Positions 9,522-18,232 of a stretch of 32,000 nucleotides of DNA are shown in pieces. Position 1 is the stretch's first letter. Each line of letters opens with the position of its first letter. Source of the DNA: Candidatus Electronema halotolerans (GTDB lineage Bacteria; Desulfobacterota; Desulfobulbia; Desulfobulbales; Desulfobulbaceae); contig OW818675.1 of NCBI GenBank assembly GCA_942493095.1, positions 3,150,001 to 3,182,000 on the forward strand, given 5' to 3'. Below the pieces are notes generated by a model, which did no database searches, was not told the DNA's origin, and saw only the letters and a program-made list of their open reading frames with translations. Position numbers and translations under genes: made by a program.

Positions 9522-10076
9522 TCAGGCGGGCTTCGGCAAGGTGATCAGGAAACTTGCCCGCTGATGGAAATCAGGTTGGCTGCCGCAGTGGGCAAGCGCA
9601 TGGAAGCTCTGCTGGCCGTTGCGGTCGTGCAGGACTGCGCTCACGGCCAGTTCCGCAGGCTGTTCCGGGCGGATCAGTTCGGCCAAGGGAAAGTCCAGCG
9701 CAAGACGGCAGCAGTCCGCCTGCTGCTGCACGGTGAAGGGCAAGGCGGACAGAGCAGGTTCTTGCCGCATTCCGGCCCGATAGTCGGCAAACGCATAGAC
9801 ATTCCAATCCCCGGACGGCGACAGATTGACTTCCCAATACCGGGGCAGTCCTTGCGGCGCGATGAACAATTCAAAGCAGGTGCTCTGCCAGAGGCCGTCC
9901 CTGCGCCTCGGAGTAGTGCTTGGCGCAGGCAGGAGCAGTTCCGCCACCTTGCCGCGCAGCTCATAGCAGAGATGCAGGCCGGTGCGGCTGCGGACGATGT
10001 GACCGCTGATCTGGAAACGGGCGGCGGCGTTGCCCCAAGGCTGGAGAATAAATTCTGCAATACTCGCAAGCTGCAT
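9522..10076 (-). CDS. DOMON-like domain-containing protein
   Basis: 184 aa: 'LHLCYELRGKVAELLLP...RRDGLWQSTCFELFIAPQGLPRYWEVNLSPSGDWNVYAFADYRAGMR' is typical of the DOMON-like (carbohydrate/heme-binding-fold) family. Confidence 0.75.
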   Translation of the reverse strand: MQLASIAEFILQPWGNAAARFQISGHIVRSRTGLHLCYELRGKVAELLLPAPSTTPRRRDGLWQSTCFELFIAPQGLPRYWEVNLSPSGDWNVYAFADYRAGMRQEPALSALPFTVQQQADCCRLALDFPLAELIRPEQPAELAVSAVLHDRNGQQSFHALAHCGSQPDFHQRASFLITLPKPA

Positions 10077-10295
10077 GACAAAAGCTGGGCAGGTTCAAGG
10101 GCAAAGTGATGTTCAAGGGGCAATATGCCGTGTTCCTGCGTGTTCGTCAAGCCATTGCCCTGACTTCGCAAGGGATGGAGTCAGCAGCATCTTGTCTTTT
10201 CTCCAGCCTTGGGCTATAGTCCGCTGTTCCCGCAGCGCATCTTGTTCACAGGAGGGCCGCCATGCCCGGTCCATTCACACCGTAGGAGCAGAAGC

Positions 10296-10421
10296 ATGAA
10301 CCTTGCTTGGTTTAAAGATATTGCCCCGCATCTGAGCAGTCCACTGGTGCTGGTGGGCTTTACCTATATCAGAAACGCGGTGACTTGGACCAAGCGGAAA
10401 TTTGGTGGAAGCAAAGTCTGA
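10296..10421 (+). pseudogene. Probable N-terminal remnant of a larger gene (41 codons)
   Basis: MNLAWFKDIAPHLSSPLVLVGFTYIRNAVTWTKRKFGGSKV with AGGAG RBS. Sequence has the look of a truncated membrane-associated N-terminus followed by unrelated repeat DNA. Confidence 0.35.
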
Positions 10422-10526
10422 GTCTGTTTCTGCCAATGTGCCATCCTTGTGCCAAGAAGATGCAACAATTGCTAAATGAATTAGCCCGGCACCGCGCCAG
10501 CCAGCAGGCACCCACTGCGGCCAATT

Positions 10527-10635
10527 CCCGATAGCAGTATCGGAACAAACTCGACAGTGCTTTCGGGCTGGCCCGATAGTGGTGTCGAGCTGGCCCGAAA
10601 GCAGTGTCGGGGAGAACCCGATACCGGTGTCGGGG
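10527..10635. repeat. Tandem array of about five short palindromic units (around 17-19 bp each, period about 22 bp)
   Basis: Units CCCGATAGCAGTATCGG, CGACAGTGCTTTCGGG, CCCGATAGTGGTGTCGAG, CCCGAAAGCAGTGTCGGGG, CCCGATACCGGTGTCGGGG, separated mostly by CTGG or short spacers. First and last form near-perfect hairpins with 4-nt loops. Confidence 0.8.
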
Positions 10636-10710
10636 AACAACCATAGGTCTTGCAGTGAAGGGGCGCAGATCACTCTTGACAAACTGTCTCTTTCATGCGA
10701 CAGTCAGAGG

Positions 10711-11019
10711 ATGAAGTATGAGATAGAGACAAGCAATGTCTTTGACAAATGGCTGGCTGGCATCAAAGACCTCACCTTCAGAGCACGCATCATCAGCCGC
10801 TTTGACCGGATTCAGCTTGGCAGCTTTGGCGATCACAAAAGTCTGGGCGAGGGGCTGTTTGAGCTGCGTTTCTTCTTCGGCCCCGGCTTCCGCGCCTATT
10901 ACACCATCAAGGAATGCAAGGTTGTCTTCCTGCTTTGCGGGGGTGACAAGTCCAGCCAAAGCAAAGACATTGAACGAGCCAAGTCCATCATGGCCAGCTT
11001 GGAGCAGGAGTATGAATAA
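10711..11019 (+). CDS. RelE/HigB-like type II toxin (addiction module killer protein)
   Basis: 102 codons from MKYEIETSNVFDKWLAGIKDLTFRARIISRFDRIQLGSFGDHKSLGEGLFELRFFFGPGFRAYYTIKECKVVFLLCGGDKSSQSKDIERAKSI: canonical phage-derived Gp49/HigB-like motifs. Confidence 0.9.
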   Translation: MKYEIETSNVFDKWLAGIKDLTFRARIISRFDRIQLGSFGDHKSLGEGLFELRFFFGPGFRAYYTIKECKVVFLLCGGDKSSQSKDIERAKSIMASLEQEYE

Positions 11020-11293
11020 GATCAGTACGAGAAAATGGGACGCGGTTGAATACCTTGACAGCCCGGAGATGATCCGTGAGTATCTCAGGGTTTCCTTTGA
11101 GGAAGGCGACACTGAGCAGCTCCTGATGGCCATCGGCCAAGTGGCCAAGGCGCAGGGCATCAGCGAGATTGCCCGGAAAGCCAATCTCAGCCGCCAGAAT
11201 CTCTACAAAGCCTTGGCGCAGGGCAGCTCGCCCAAGTTCGAGACCATCAGAAAGGTGGTGGAGGCTCTGGGCTGCAAACTGAGCATCGCCTGA
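11012..11293 (+). CDS. HigA-like/addiction module antidote protein (HTH)
   Basis: MNKISTRKWDAVEYLDSPEMIREYLRVSFEEGDTEQLLMAIGQVAKAQGISEIARKANLSRQNLYKALAQGSSPKFETIRKVVEALGCKLSIA. Overlaps the toxin stop. RBS GGAG upstream. Confidence 0.9.
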   Translation: MNKISTRKWDAVEYLDSPEMIREYLRVSFEEGDTEQLLMAIGQVAKAQGISEIARKANLSRQNLYKALAQGSSPKFETIRKVVEALGCKLSIA

Positions 11294-11299
11294 GCCAAT

Positions 11300-11364
11300 C
11301 CCCGACAGCAGTATCAGAATAAACTCGACAGTGCTTTCGGGCTGGCTCAATAACGCTGTCGGGG
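11300..11364. repeat. Second, shorter array of the same palindromic repeat family
   Basis: CCCCGACAGCAGTATCAGAATAAACTCGACAGTGCTTTCGGGCTGGCTCAATAACGCTGTCGGGG aligns with 10527 onward. The stretch AAACTCGACAGTGCTTTCGGGCTGGC is identical in both. Confidence 0.8.
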
Positions 11365-11569
11365 AAGAACCGACTCAGCCCTGCGGGGCTGGCTTTCTCA
11401 ATATGCCGCATCGTTCTTGCAGGATTCAGCACCTTCCTGTTTCCGCCTGCTCCGCACCAGCCGCGCTGCTCCCTCATATTGCCAAATCCCTCCAGACCGA
11501 GTATTGTTTCCTCCCATTGCAGACAGCCGAATCAGGCGGCTCCTTCCGAACCGACAGCTATGGACAGCA

Positions 11570-13225
11570 ATGGACATCCAACCAAGCAAAAAGACTAAGT
11601 TTATCTTCATCACCGGCGGCGTGCTTTCGTCTCTTGGCAAGGGGCTGGCCGCCGCCTCCATTGGCGCCCTGCTGGAGAGCCGGGGCATGACCGTCACCTT
11701 CCAGAAGCTGGATCCCTACATCAACGTGGATCCGGGCACCATGAATCCCTTCCAGCACGGCGAGGTCTATGTCACTGACGACGGAGCCGAGACCGACCTC
11801 GACATGGGCCATTATGAACGCTACACCAAGGCGGTCATGGGCCGGAAGAACAACTACACCTCCGGGCGGATTTACTACTCGGTGATCATGAAGGAGCGGC
11901 GCGGCGAGTATCTTGGCGGCACCGTGCAGATGATCCCGCACATCACCGACGAGATCAAGCGGGCCGTGATGCAGCTCGACGGCACGGCGGACGTGGCCAT
12001 CATCGAGATCGGCGGCACAGTCGGCGATATTGAGGGCCTGCCTTTTATCGAGGCCATCCGCCAATTGCGCGGCGACTTGGGCCGGGAGTATTCGCTGTAC
12101 ATCCACCTGACCTTGGTGCCCTTCATCAAGACCGCAGGCGAAATCAAGACCAAGCCGACCCAGCATTCGGTCAAGGAGCTGCTCGCCTCCGGTATCCAGC
12201 CGGACATCCTCATCTGCCGCACTGAGGTGCCGCTGGAAGCCTCGTTGAAAAAGAAAATTGCTTTGTTCTGCAATATTGAGGCGGAATCAGTGATCACCGC
12301 CGCTGACGTGGCCAACATTTACGAACTGCCCCTGCGTTTGCACGAGGAGGGCGCAGACCACCGCATCCTCCAGAAGCTGGGAATATGGACTGGCGCGCCC
12401 CACATCAAGGCGTGGCAGGAATTGGTGGAGAAGATCAGCAGTCCGGCCCACAGCGTCACCATCGGCATCACTGGCAAATATGTGGAATTGAAGGAAGCCT
12501 ACAAGAGCCTGCACGAGGCCTTGGTGCATGGCGGCTTGGCCAACGATGCCAAGGTGGAGCTGCGCTACATTGCTGCTGACGAGCTGGAAGGCCGTGATTC
12601 GTTAGACGAGCTGCAAGAATGCGACGGCATTCTGGTGCCGGGCGGCTTTGGCAGCCGGGGTATGGAAGGCAAAATCCGGGCCATCCGCCATGCGCGTGAG
12701 AACAGAATACCCTTCTTTGGCATCTGCCTGGGCATGCAGCTGGCCGTGGTCGAATTCTCCCGCAACGTGGCCGAGCTGAACGGTGCTGATTCGGTCGAGC
12801 TGAATCCGGCCACCGCTCATCCGGTCATCTATCTGCTGAAGGAGTGGTTTGATTTCCGCAGCGGCAGGACAGAGAAGCGGGACGAGAACTCGAACATGGG
12901 CGGCACCCTGCGCCTTGGAGCCTATCCCTGCGTGCTCAAGGAAGGCAGCTTCGCCCATGCCGCTTACGGCCAAGCTGAGATCAGCGAGCGGCACCGGCAC
13001 CGCTATGAGTTCAACAACGCCTACCGTGAACGGCTGGAGCAGGCCGGGCTGACTGTCAGCGGCACTTCGCCGGACAGCAGCTTGGTGGAAATTGTCGAGC
13101 TGGCCGAGCATCCGTGGTTCCTTGGCTGCCAGTTCCACCCGGAATTCAAGTCCAAGCCCATGCAGCCGCATCCCCTCTTCCGGGCCTTTATCGCTGCGGC
13201 CCTGCGGCACAAGGAGCAGGCATGA
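11570..13225 (+). CDS. pyrG: CTP synthase
   Basis: [69 protein letters not shown], glutamine amidotransferase [17 protein letters not shown] and GCQFHPEF. Start at [10 protein letters not shown]. Confidence 0.98.
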   Translation: MDIQPSKKTKFIFITGGVLSSLGKGLAAASIGALLESRGMTVTFQKLDPYINVDPGTMNPFQHGEVYVTDDGAETDLDMGHYERYTKAVMGRKNNYTSGRIYYSVIMKERRGEYLGGTVQMIPHITDEIKRAVMQLDGTADVAIIEIGGTVGDIEGLPFIEAIRQLRGDLGREYSLYIHLTLVPFIKTAGEIKTKPTQHSVKELLASGIQPDILICRTEVPLEASLKKKIALFCNIEAESVITAADVANIYELPLRLHEEGADHRILQKLGIWTGAPHIKAWQELVEKISSPAHSVTIGITGKYVELKEAYKSLHEALVHGGLANDAKVELRYIAADELEGRDSLDELQECDGILVPGGFGSRGMEGKIRAIRHARENRIPFFGICLGMQLAVVEFSRNVAELNGADSVELNPATAHPVIYLLKEWFDFRSGRTEKRDENSNMGGTLRLGAYPCVLKEGSFAHAAYGQAEISERHRHRYEFNNAYRERLEQAGLTVSGTSPDSSLVEIVELAEHPWFLGCQFHPEFKSKPMQPHPLFRAFIAAALRHKEQA

Positions 13226-13923
13226 GCGGTCAGAAAAAGCTGCGGGTGGTCACGATTGACGGGCCGTCCGGGGTGGGCAAATCCACGGTCAGCCGCAAGG
13301 TGGCCGCCGGTCTGGGCTGGACCTATCTGGACACTGGGGCGATGTATCGGGCCGTGGGCTTGCAGTGCCAGCGGGCAGGCATCAGCTTGGACGATGCCGA
13401 TGCGCTCGCCGCCCTGCTCGCCCGGCTTGACATTCAGATACTCCCGCCGCTGCATGAGAGCGATGATGTCCGCGTCCTGCTGCACGGCGAAGAAGTCAGC
13501 GAGGCCATCCGCAGCCCGAAAATGGGCATGATGGCTTCGCAGGTCTCAGCAATTCCGGCAGTGCGGACCAAGCTGACCACCTTGCAGCAGGCAATGGGCC
13601 GAGCTGGAGAGCTTGTTGCTGAGGGCCGCGACACTGGCACCGTGGTTTTCCCCAATGCAGCCTGGAAGTTCTATTTGGATGCGCCGCCGGAGGAACGCTG
13701 CCGCCGCCGGGCCGGGCAGCTCCGGGCCAAAGGCCAGCAGGTGGATGAGCAGGAGCTGCTGGCGCAGATCATCGAACGGGACCGGAACGACCGCGAGCGC
13801 ACAGTTGCCCCGCTGCAAATCGCTGAGGACGCGCTGCTGATTGACTCCTCCTGCCTGAGCGCGGACGAGGCGGCGGAAAAGATGCTGGCGCGGGTCAGGC
13901 AGGATGCCTCTGACAGTAAGTGA
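13222..13923 (+). CDS. cmk: Cytidylate kinase
   Basis: [63 protein letters not shown] overlap with the pyrG stop, AAGGAG RBS. Confidence 0.96.
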   Translation: MSGQKKLRVVTIDGPSGVGKSTVSRKVAAGLGWTYLDTGAMYRAVGLQCQRAGISLDDADALAALLARLDIQILPPLHESDDVRVLLHGEEVSEAIRSPKMGMMASQVSAIPAVRTKLTTLQQAMGRAGELVAEGRDTGTVVFPNAAWKFYLDAPPEERCRRRAGQLRAKGQQVDEQELLAQIIERDRNDRERTVAPLQIAEDALLIDSSCLSADEAAEKMLARVRQDASDSK

Positions 13924-14023
13924 CCACCTTGCAGATTCTGCCCCTTTGCTTCTGGAGCGGATTGCCAGCATTTGCCGCTTGACCAATCGCCAGCCGCCCT
14001 ATAAAGTGGCTTTCACCATCATA

Positions 14024-14260
14024 GCCGTTGGTGCGCTTCATGGGAAGCGCGGCAGGCTGTCCTGCGGAAGAAGAACTCTTCCAGCAGGCAGCCGACAGGG
14101 AATCCGGTGCAAAACCGGAACTGTCCCGCAGCGGTAAGCGGAAACGAACACCGTCTCCTTTGCAAAAGGAAAAGCACTGCGCCTTGGCGCGGGAAGCGGC
14201 GGTCAGTAGGCCGCAGGCATAAGCCTGCCTTGTCCGCAAGTCCGAAAACCTGCCAATGGC
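14024..14260 (+). promoter_or_regulatory. Cobalamin (AdoCbl-type) riboswitch
   Basis: Core GCCGACAGGGAATCCGGTGCAAAACCGGAACTGTCCCGCAGCGGTAAG and 3' GCAAGTCCGAAAACCTGCC. Terminal P1 pairing GCCGTTGG (14024-14031) with CCAATGGC (14253-14260). Confidence 0.93.
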
Positions 14261-14300
14261 GCACTTTTCAGCTTTTGCCCTTCGAGGAAAGGAGAAAGTC

Positions 14301-14459
14301 ATGCCGCACTGCGCCCCTTGCGCCGTGCCTGCGGTCTGCATTCCCTGCATCCGCAGCCCGGCCAGCATCCTTGTTTTCAAACCGCTCTGTTTATCGGCAG
14401 GCTCAACAACACCTGAGCGTGTCACATGGCATCCCCTGAAAACAAGGAGAACATCATAA
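14301..14459 (+). CDS. Putative Cys-rich small protein/leader peptide (52 aa)
   Basis: MPHCAPCAVPAVCIPCIRSPASILVFKPLCLSAGSTTPERVTWHPLKTRRTS. Strong AAAGGAG RBS. Stop overlaps the next ATG (TAATG). Confidence 0.45.
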   Translation: MPHCAPCAVPAVCIPCIRSPASILVFKPLCLSAGSTTPERVTWHPLKTRRTS

Positions 14460-15283
14460 TGCAGTTTAACGAGGAAAATTCCCGCTTGAACAGCGGTAGT
14501 GAGAAAAAATGCCTGCGCTTTGTCGGGCAGGACATGCAGATACTCAACCCCTTATTTTTTCGGGCGATTGAGGAACGCGACAGCCGCGCTGTGGCGGCAA
14601 TGGCGAGACGGCAGGCCGAAGCCGGGGCAGATGCCTTGGACCTGAACCTTGGCCCGGCCAAGAAGAACAGCAGCCTGCTGACTTGGGTGATTGAGACGGT
14701 CCAAACAGCGGTTGACCTGCCCCTCTTTGTCGCTTCGCAGATTCTCTCCATGCCTGATTTGCTGCAACAGCATCAGGACAGCATCACGGTCAATTCCGTG
14801 ACTGCTGATCCAACAACGCTGGCTGCTGCTATGGAAAGAGCTGGAGCGTATGGAGCCGGTCTGGTGGTGCTGCTGACCAAGCCTGGTCAGAGCGTGTTTT
14901 CGGCGGATGACCGCCTGCTGCTCGCGGCGGAAGTGCTGGAGACCGCAGCCTGCACCGGCTTTCCATTAGCCCGGCTCCACCTTGATCCGCTGTTCCGGCC
15001 TGGGCCGCAGGGCCTGCCTGATCTTGAGCCGGTGCTGGCAACCCTTGCCACCCTGCCGCTTTTAAGCCAGGAAAAGGTGCATACGATTGCAGCCTTGTCC
15101 AGCGCATCCGCCTTTTTGCCTGCGGCCAAACGCCCGGCCCTGCATCAGCGGCTGCTGCCCCTGCTTGCTGAGGCCGGCCTGGACACACTCATTCTCAACT
15201 GCAATGACCGCCGCCTGATGGAGATTGGTCGCCATCTGTCTGATCGTCCGGCGCAGCCGCTCTGGCAAGCAGCCACGGCCTGA
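14459..15283 (+). CDS. Pterin-binding methyltransferase family protein (methyltetrahydrofolate:corrinoid/iron-sulfur protein methyltransferase-like)
   Basis: FVGQDMQILNPLFFRAIEERDSRAVAAMARRQAEAGADALDLNLGPAKKNSSLLTWVIETVQTAVDLPLFV...ITVNSVTAD: DHPS/MeTr pterin-binding TIM-barrel motifs. Directly downstream of the cobalamin riboswitch. AAGGAG RBS for MQFNEEN. Confidence 0.85.
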   Translation: MQFNEENSRLNSGSEKKCLRFVGQDMQILNPLFFRAIEERDSRAVAAMARRQAEAGADALDLNLGPAKKNSSLLTWVIETVQTAVDLPLFVASQILSMPDLLQQHQDSITVNSVTADPTTLAAAMERAGAYGAGLVVLLTKPGQSVFSADDRLLLAAEVLETAACTGFPLARLHLDPLFRPGPQGLPDLEPVLATLATLPLLSQEKVHTIAALSSASAFLPAAKRPALHQRLLPLLAEAGLDTLILNCNDRRLMEIGRHLSDRPAQPLWQAATA

Positions 15284-15294
15284 GCCTTTTCTGT

Positions 15295-15321
15295 CAGCAG
15301 GGAGACAGGCTCTCCCTGCTG
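15295..15321. terminator. Strong hairpin between convergent genes, possible bidirectional terminator
   Basis: Perfect 11-bp inverted repeat CAGCAGGGAGA-CAGGC-TCTCCCTGCTG, 7-12 bp beyond both stop codons. No good T-tract on either side. Confidence 0.45.
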
Positions 15322-15327
15322 GCAGTC

Positions 15328-15894
15328 CTACCATCTGCGCACCCGGCCTGTGTCAACATGAACAAAATCTGATTTGGCGTAATAGCCCACCCCGCCTGCT
15401 TCCAAGGCAATGGCGCAGTCCCGCACGGTGCGGGTTTTCTTGCCGGTGAGGCGGATGTCCAAAGCTTTGCCCTGCATGTGCAGGCTGCGTTTGGCCACGC
15501 CGCCGCTGCGATGCCGCAATTTTTCATTGGTTTTTGGCGAACGGTAGCCGGATATGATCTCATACGTGCTGTCACAACTGATGTCCTGCTGGACTTTCCA
15601 AAGAATATCTAAAACTTCCGGGTCAATGGGATGCACCTCGCCGGTGCGGAAATCACGAAGGTAGCGGTTGATTTGATGGAGTGCTTTGGGGTCGTACTTG
15701 CCCTTGCGGCAATAGGTGATCTCAAGGCATTCGCGGGTGTGGGTGTGATAAAAGGCTAAATTTCTGTCGCCCCCCTTGCCTTTGCTGGAACAGGGACGGG
15801 AGGAGGGAATGGAGGCCCAAGCTGGAACTGCCTGCGCAACAAGAATTCCGGCGGCTGCTTTCACACCCAAGGCAAGAAAAGATCTTCTGTCCAT
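15328..15894 (-). CDS. Tat-exported DUF882/YcbK-family (peptidase M15-like) protein
   Basis: MDRRSFLALGVKAAAG twin-arginine signal. LRDFRTGEVHPIDPEVLDILW...YEIISGYRSPKTNEKL...SLHMQGKALDIRL...VGYYAKSDFVHVDTGRVRRW. Confidence 0.93.
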   Translation of the reverse strand: MDRRSFLALGVKAAAGILVAQAVPAWASIPSSRPCSSKGKGGDRNLAFYHTHTRECLEITYCRKGKYDPKALHQINRYLRDFRTGEVHPIDPEVLDILWKVQQDISCDSTYEIISGYRSPKTNEKLRHRSGGVAKRSLHMQGKALDIRLTGKKTRTVRDCAIALEAGGVGYYAKSDFVHVDTGRVRRW

Positions 15895-16094
15895 AATATC
15901 AACCTTTTATCTGAGAAGTTACGTATGAAAAAACATCGTCTCAGCAGGAAAGTCCTGTCTGTTTGATGAGATAGGCCGAAGCTGAAGCGATGTTGAAAAA
16001 ATAATCCCTGTAAAATTATTTAAACAGAAGACCCTGTCTCCTGTCAATGTCTTCAAGACGCAAATTAAAACTTCGGGTCGTGTGCCACCTCGTG

Positions 16095-17222
16095 CTACAT
16101 GACGGACCACGGCTTGGGCAGAAAAATTTGACTGTACAAATCCAAGGCATAGCGGTCTGTCATGCCTGCGATGAAGTCGCAGACCGTGCGATGGAGCTGT
16201 TTTTCCTCCTCAGCACTGGCAGGGGCCTGCCGCTTCGGGCAGACTGGCTCGGAGCTGTCAGGAAACTCATGCTCCAAAAAAAACAGGTACAAATCGTTGA
16301 TCACATTCTGGGCTTTTTCAAATTCTCTGTGGACCAGGCGGTTGCGATAGACGTTGTCATAGAGGAAACTGCGCATCCCGCAAATCACTTCCTGCATCAT
16401 CGGACTGAGGTGAAGGCGGCCCTCATCAGCCCGCAGGCTCTCGTTGATCAGATCGCGCATCATGGCGGCAATGCGCAGGTCAGGCCGGTCGCCGACCACC
16501 CGGCGGAGATGGTCAGGCAGGTCATGCTCCCGGATCATCTCCGCCCGCAGCGCGTCATCCATGTCATGGTTGAGATAGGCAATAATATCAGCAACCCGCA
16601 CTGCCTGTCCCTCAAGCGTGGCTGGCAGCTGCCTGGGGTCATCGGGCAGGATGTCGCTGTAGCCTTTGGAATGCTTGACAATGCCATTCCGCACCTCCCA
16701 AGTCAGATTTAGTTGCTCTAAAACATCCACCACGCGCAGACTTTGCACATAGTGCCGGAAACCGCCCGGATGGAGCCGGTTGAGGCTGTATTCTCCGGCA
16801 TGGCCAAAAGGCGTGTGGCCAAGGTCATGGCCAAGGGCAATGGCTTCAGTCAGATATTCGTTCAGGTGCAGGCAGACGGCAATGGTGCGGGCAATCTGAG
16901 AAACTTCAAGGACATGGGTGAGGCGGGTTCGGTAGTGGTCGCCGGTCGGGGCAAGAAAGACCTGGGTTTTGTGCTTGAGGCGGCGGAAGGTCTTGCAGTG
17001 GATGATCCGGTCCCGGTCGCGCTGAAACACTGTGCGCAGATCACAGGGCGGCTCATGGCGCAGCCGTCCCCGCGACCTGCTGCTGAAGCAGGCATGAGGG
17101 GAAAGAACGAGCAGTTCCTGTTCTTCAAGCTGGTGACGGATGCTCACGGCGAAACGGCGAATTGTACATGACAGAGAGAAATTCTGCTGGACAGATGTAA
17201 CAGCCTGGGAACGGAAAGTCAA
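16095..17222 (-). CDS. dGTPase-like HD-domain phosphohydrolase (real start probably internal, e.g. GTG near 17147)
   Basis: RDRIIHCKTFRRLKHKTQVFLAPTGDHYRTRLTHVLEVSQIARTIA...EAIALGHDLGHTPFGHAGE...RVADIIAYLNHDMDDALRA. Confidence 0.93.
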   Translation of the reverse strand: MTFRSQAVTSVQQNFSLSCTIRRFAVSIRHQLEEQELLVLSPHACFSSRSRGRLRHEPPCDLRTVFQRDRDRIIHCKTFRRLKHKTQVFLAPTGDHYRTRLTHVLEVSQIARTIAVCLHLNEYLTEAIALGHDLGHTPFGHAGEYSLNRLHPGGFRHYVQSLRVVDVLEQLNLTWEVRNGIVKHSKGYSDILPDDPRQLPATLEGQAVRVADIIAYLNHDMDDALRAEMIREHDLPDHLRRVVGDRPDLRIAAMMRDLINESLRADEGRLHLSPMMQEVICGMRSFLYDNVYRNRLVHREFEKAQNVINDLYLFFLEHEFPDSSEPVCPKRQAPASAEEEKQLHRTVCDFIAGMTDRYALDLYSQIFLPKPWSVM

Positions 17223-17349
17223 ATAATTTTGGCAAATATGCTGGCCCCGGAGCTGTTGGCCCGCACCGCAGAAGCATGTTGTTTTTTCGTCATTCTTATG
17301 GTATGAAATTGTGAAAGAAATTTCTCACTAAACACACAGGAAGAAAAAA

Positions 17350-18165
17350 ATGAACAAAAGCATGAAAAAACAAGGCCACTGCTGGCCCGCCGCAGCCATC
17401 CTGCTGCTTCTGCTTGCCGCCTTGGCCTTGCCAAGTTCTGCGGCGGCTGCAACTGGAAAAATTTCCGGGACGGTGAAGGACAGCAGCGGCAATCTTCTTC
17501 AAGATGTGGAAGTGTATGTATATGATGCGGAGGACACATCTGGGTTTCCGCCAGCACCTGAATTTACAGATGAAAATGGCTGGTACGAGGTAAGTTCTTT
17601 GCCGTTTGGAGAACACAGATACAAGGTGCAATTTATAGGAAACGGCTATATCGAACAGTGGTACAAGGATGCGCCAATGTCAGACTGTGCTGAACCAGTG
17701 ACAATAACGGCAGAAAATACTGTTCAGGATGAGATAGATGCAGTACTGAAGGAAGGGACGAGCAGTGCGGCAAGAAGAAGCCTTGCTCAAGCTCAAGCTG
17801 CACCGGCAGCAGCCGAAACCAGCAGCGTCATCTCTGGCAGTGTCAGCTTGAATGGAGAACCCTTGAAATGCGCCCAAGTTGAAGCATATAATGCCTCTGA
17901 TGATTCTTATGTGAATACAGATTTGATTTTAACTGATTATCAAGGAAACTACACAATCAACGAGCTTCCCTCCGGTTCGTATAAAATTCTCTTTTACGAC
18001 CAAAATGGCGATGCTGGCCAATGGTACAACCGCAAGGCTGAGGCTGTCTGCGCCGATGCAGTTTCAGAAACAGCATCTGGCATTGATGCCGCCTTCCCGG
18101 TTTCGCTTCGGCAGTGCGGCGACAGACCGACGATTCTGCCTGCAATCAAGCTGCTGCTGAACTGA
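17350..18165 (+). CDS. Secreted protein with two carboxypeptidase-regulatory-like (SdrD_B/Cna_B-like) domains
   Basis: Signal peptide. GKISGTVKDSSGNLLQDVEVYVYDAEDTSGFPPAPEFTDENGWYEVSSLPFGEHRYKVQFIGNGYIEQWYKD, and a second repeat SVISGSVSLNGEPLKCAQVEAY...TDYQGNYTINELPSGSYKILFYDQNGDAGQWYNRK. Confidence 0.85.
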   Translation: MNKSMKKQGHCWPAAAILLLLLAALALPSSAAAATGKISGTVKDSSGNLLQDVEVYVYDAEDTSGFPPAPEFTDENGWYEVSSLPFGEHRYKVQFIGNGYIEQWYKDAPMSDCAEPVTITAENTVQDEIDAVLKEGTSSAARRSLAQAQAAPAAAETSSVISGSVSLNGEPLKCAQVEAYNASDDSYVNTDLILTDYQGNYTINELPSGSYKILFYDQNGDAGQWYNRKAEAVCADAVSETASGIDAAFPVSLRQCGDRPTILPAIKLLLN

Positions 18166-18232
18166 AGGTCTCGCTTCCTGAGCGAAGCCGAAGAGGTGTC
18201 GGCTCCGCTCAACCACCTGACTCAGTGTCAGC

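Noticed and set aside
10527-10635. CRISPR array
   Set aside because: Units are variable palindromes with 4-8 bp spacers; there are no 25-40 bp unique spacers and no cas genes.
10676-10704. TTGACA upstream of the HigB-like gene as a promoter
   Set aside because: The -35 match is perfect, but there is no credible -10 at 16-18 bp, so I did not list a promoter.
14028-14222. Short ORFs overlapping the cobalamin riboswitch
   Set aside because: They fall inside the structured aptamer, and nothing supports translation.
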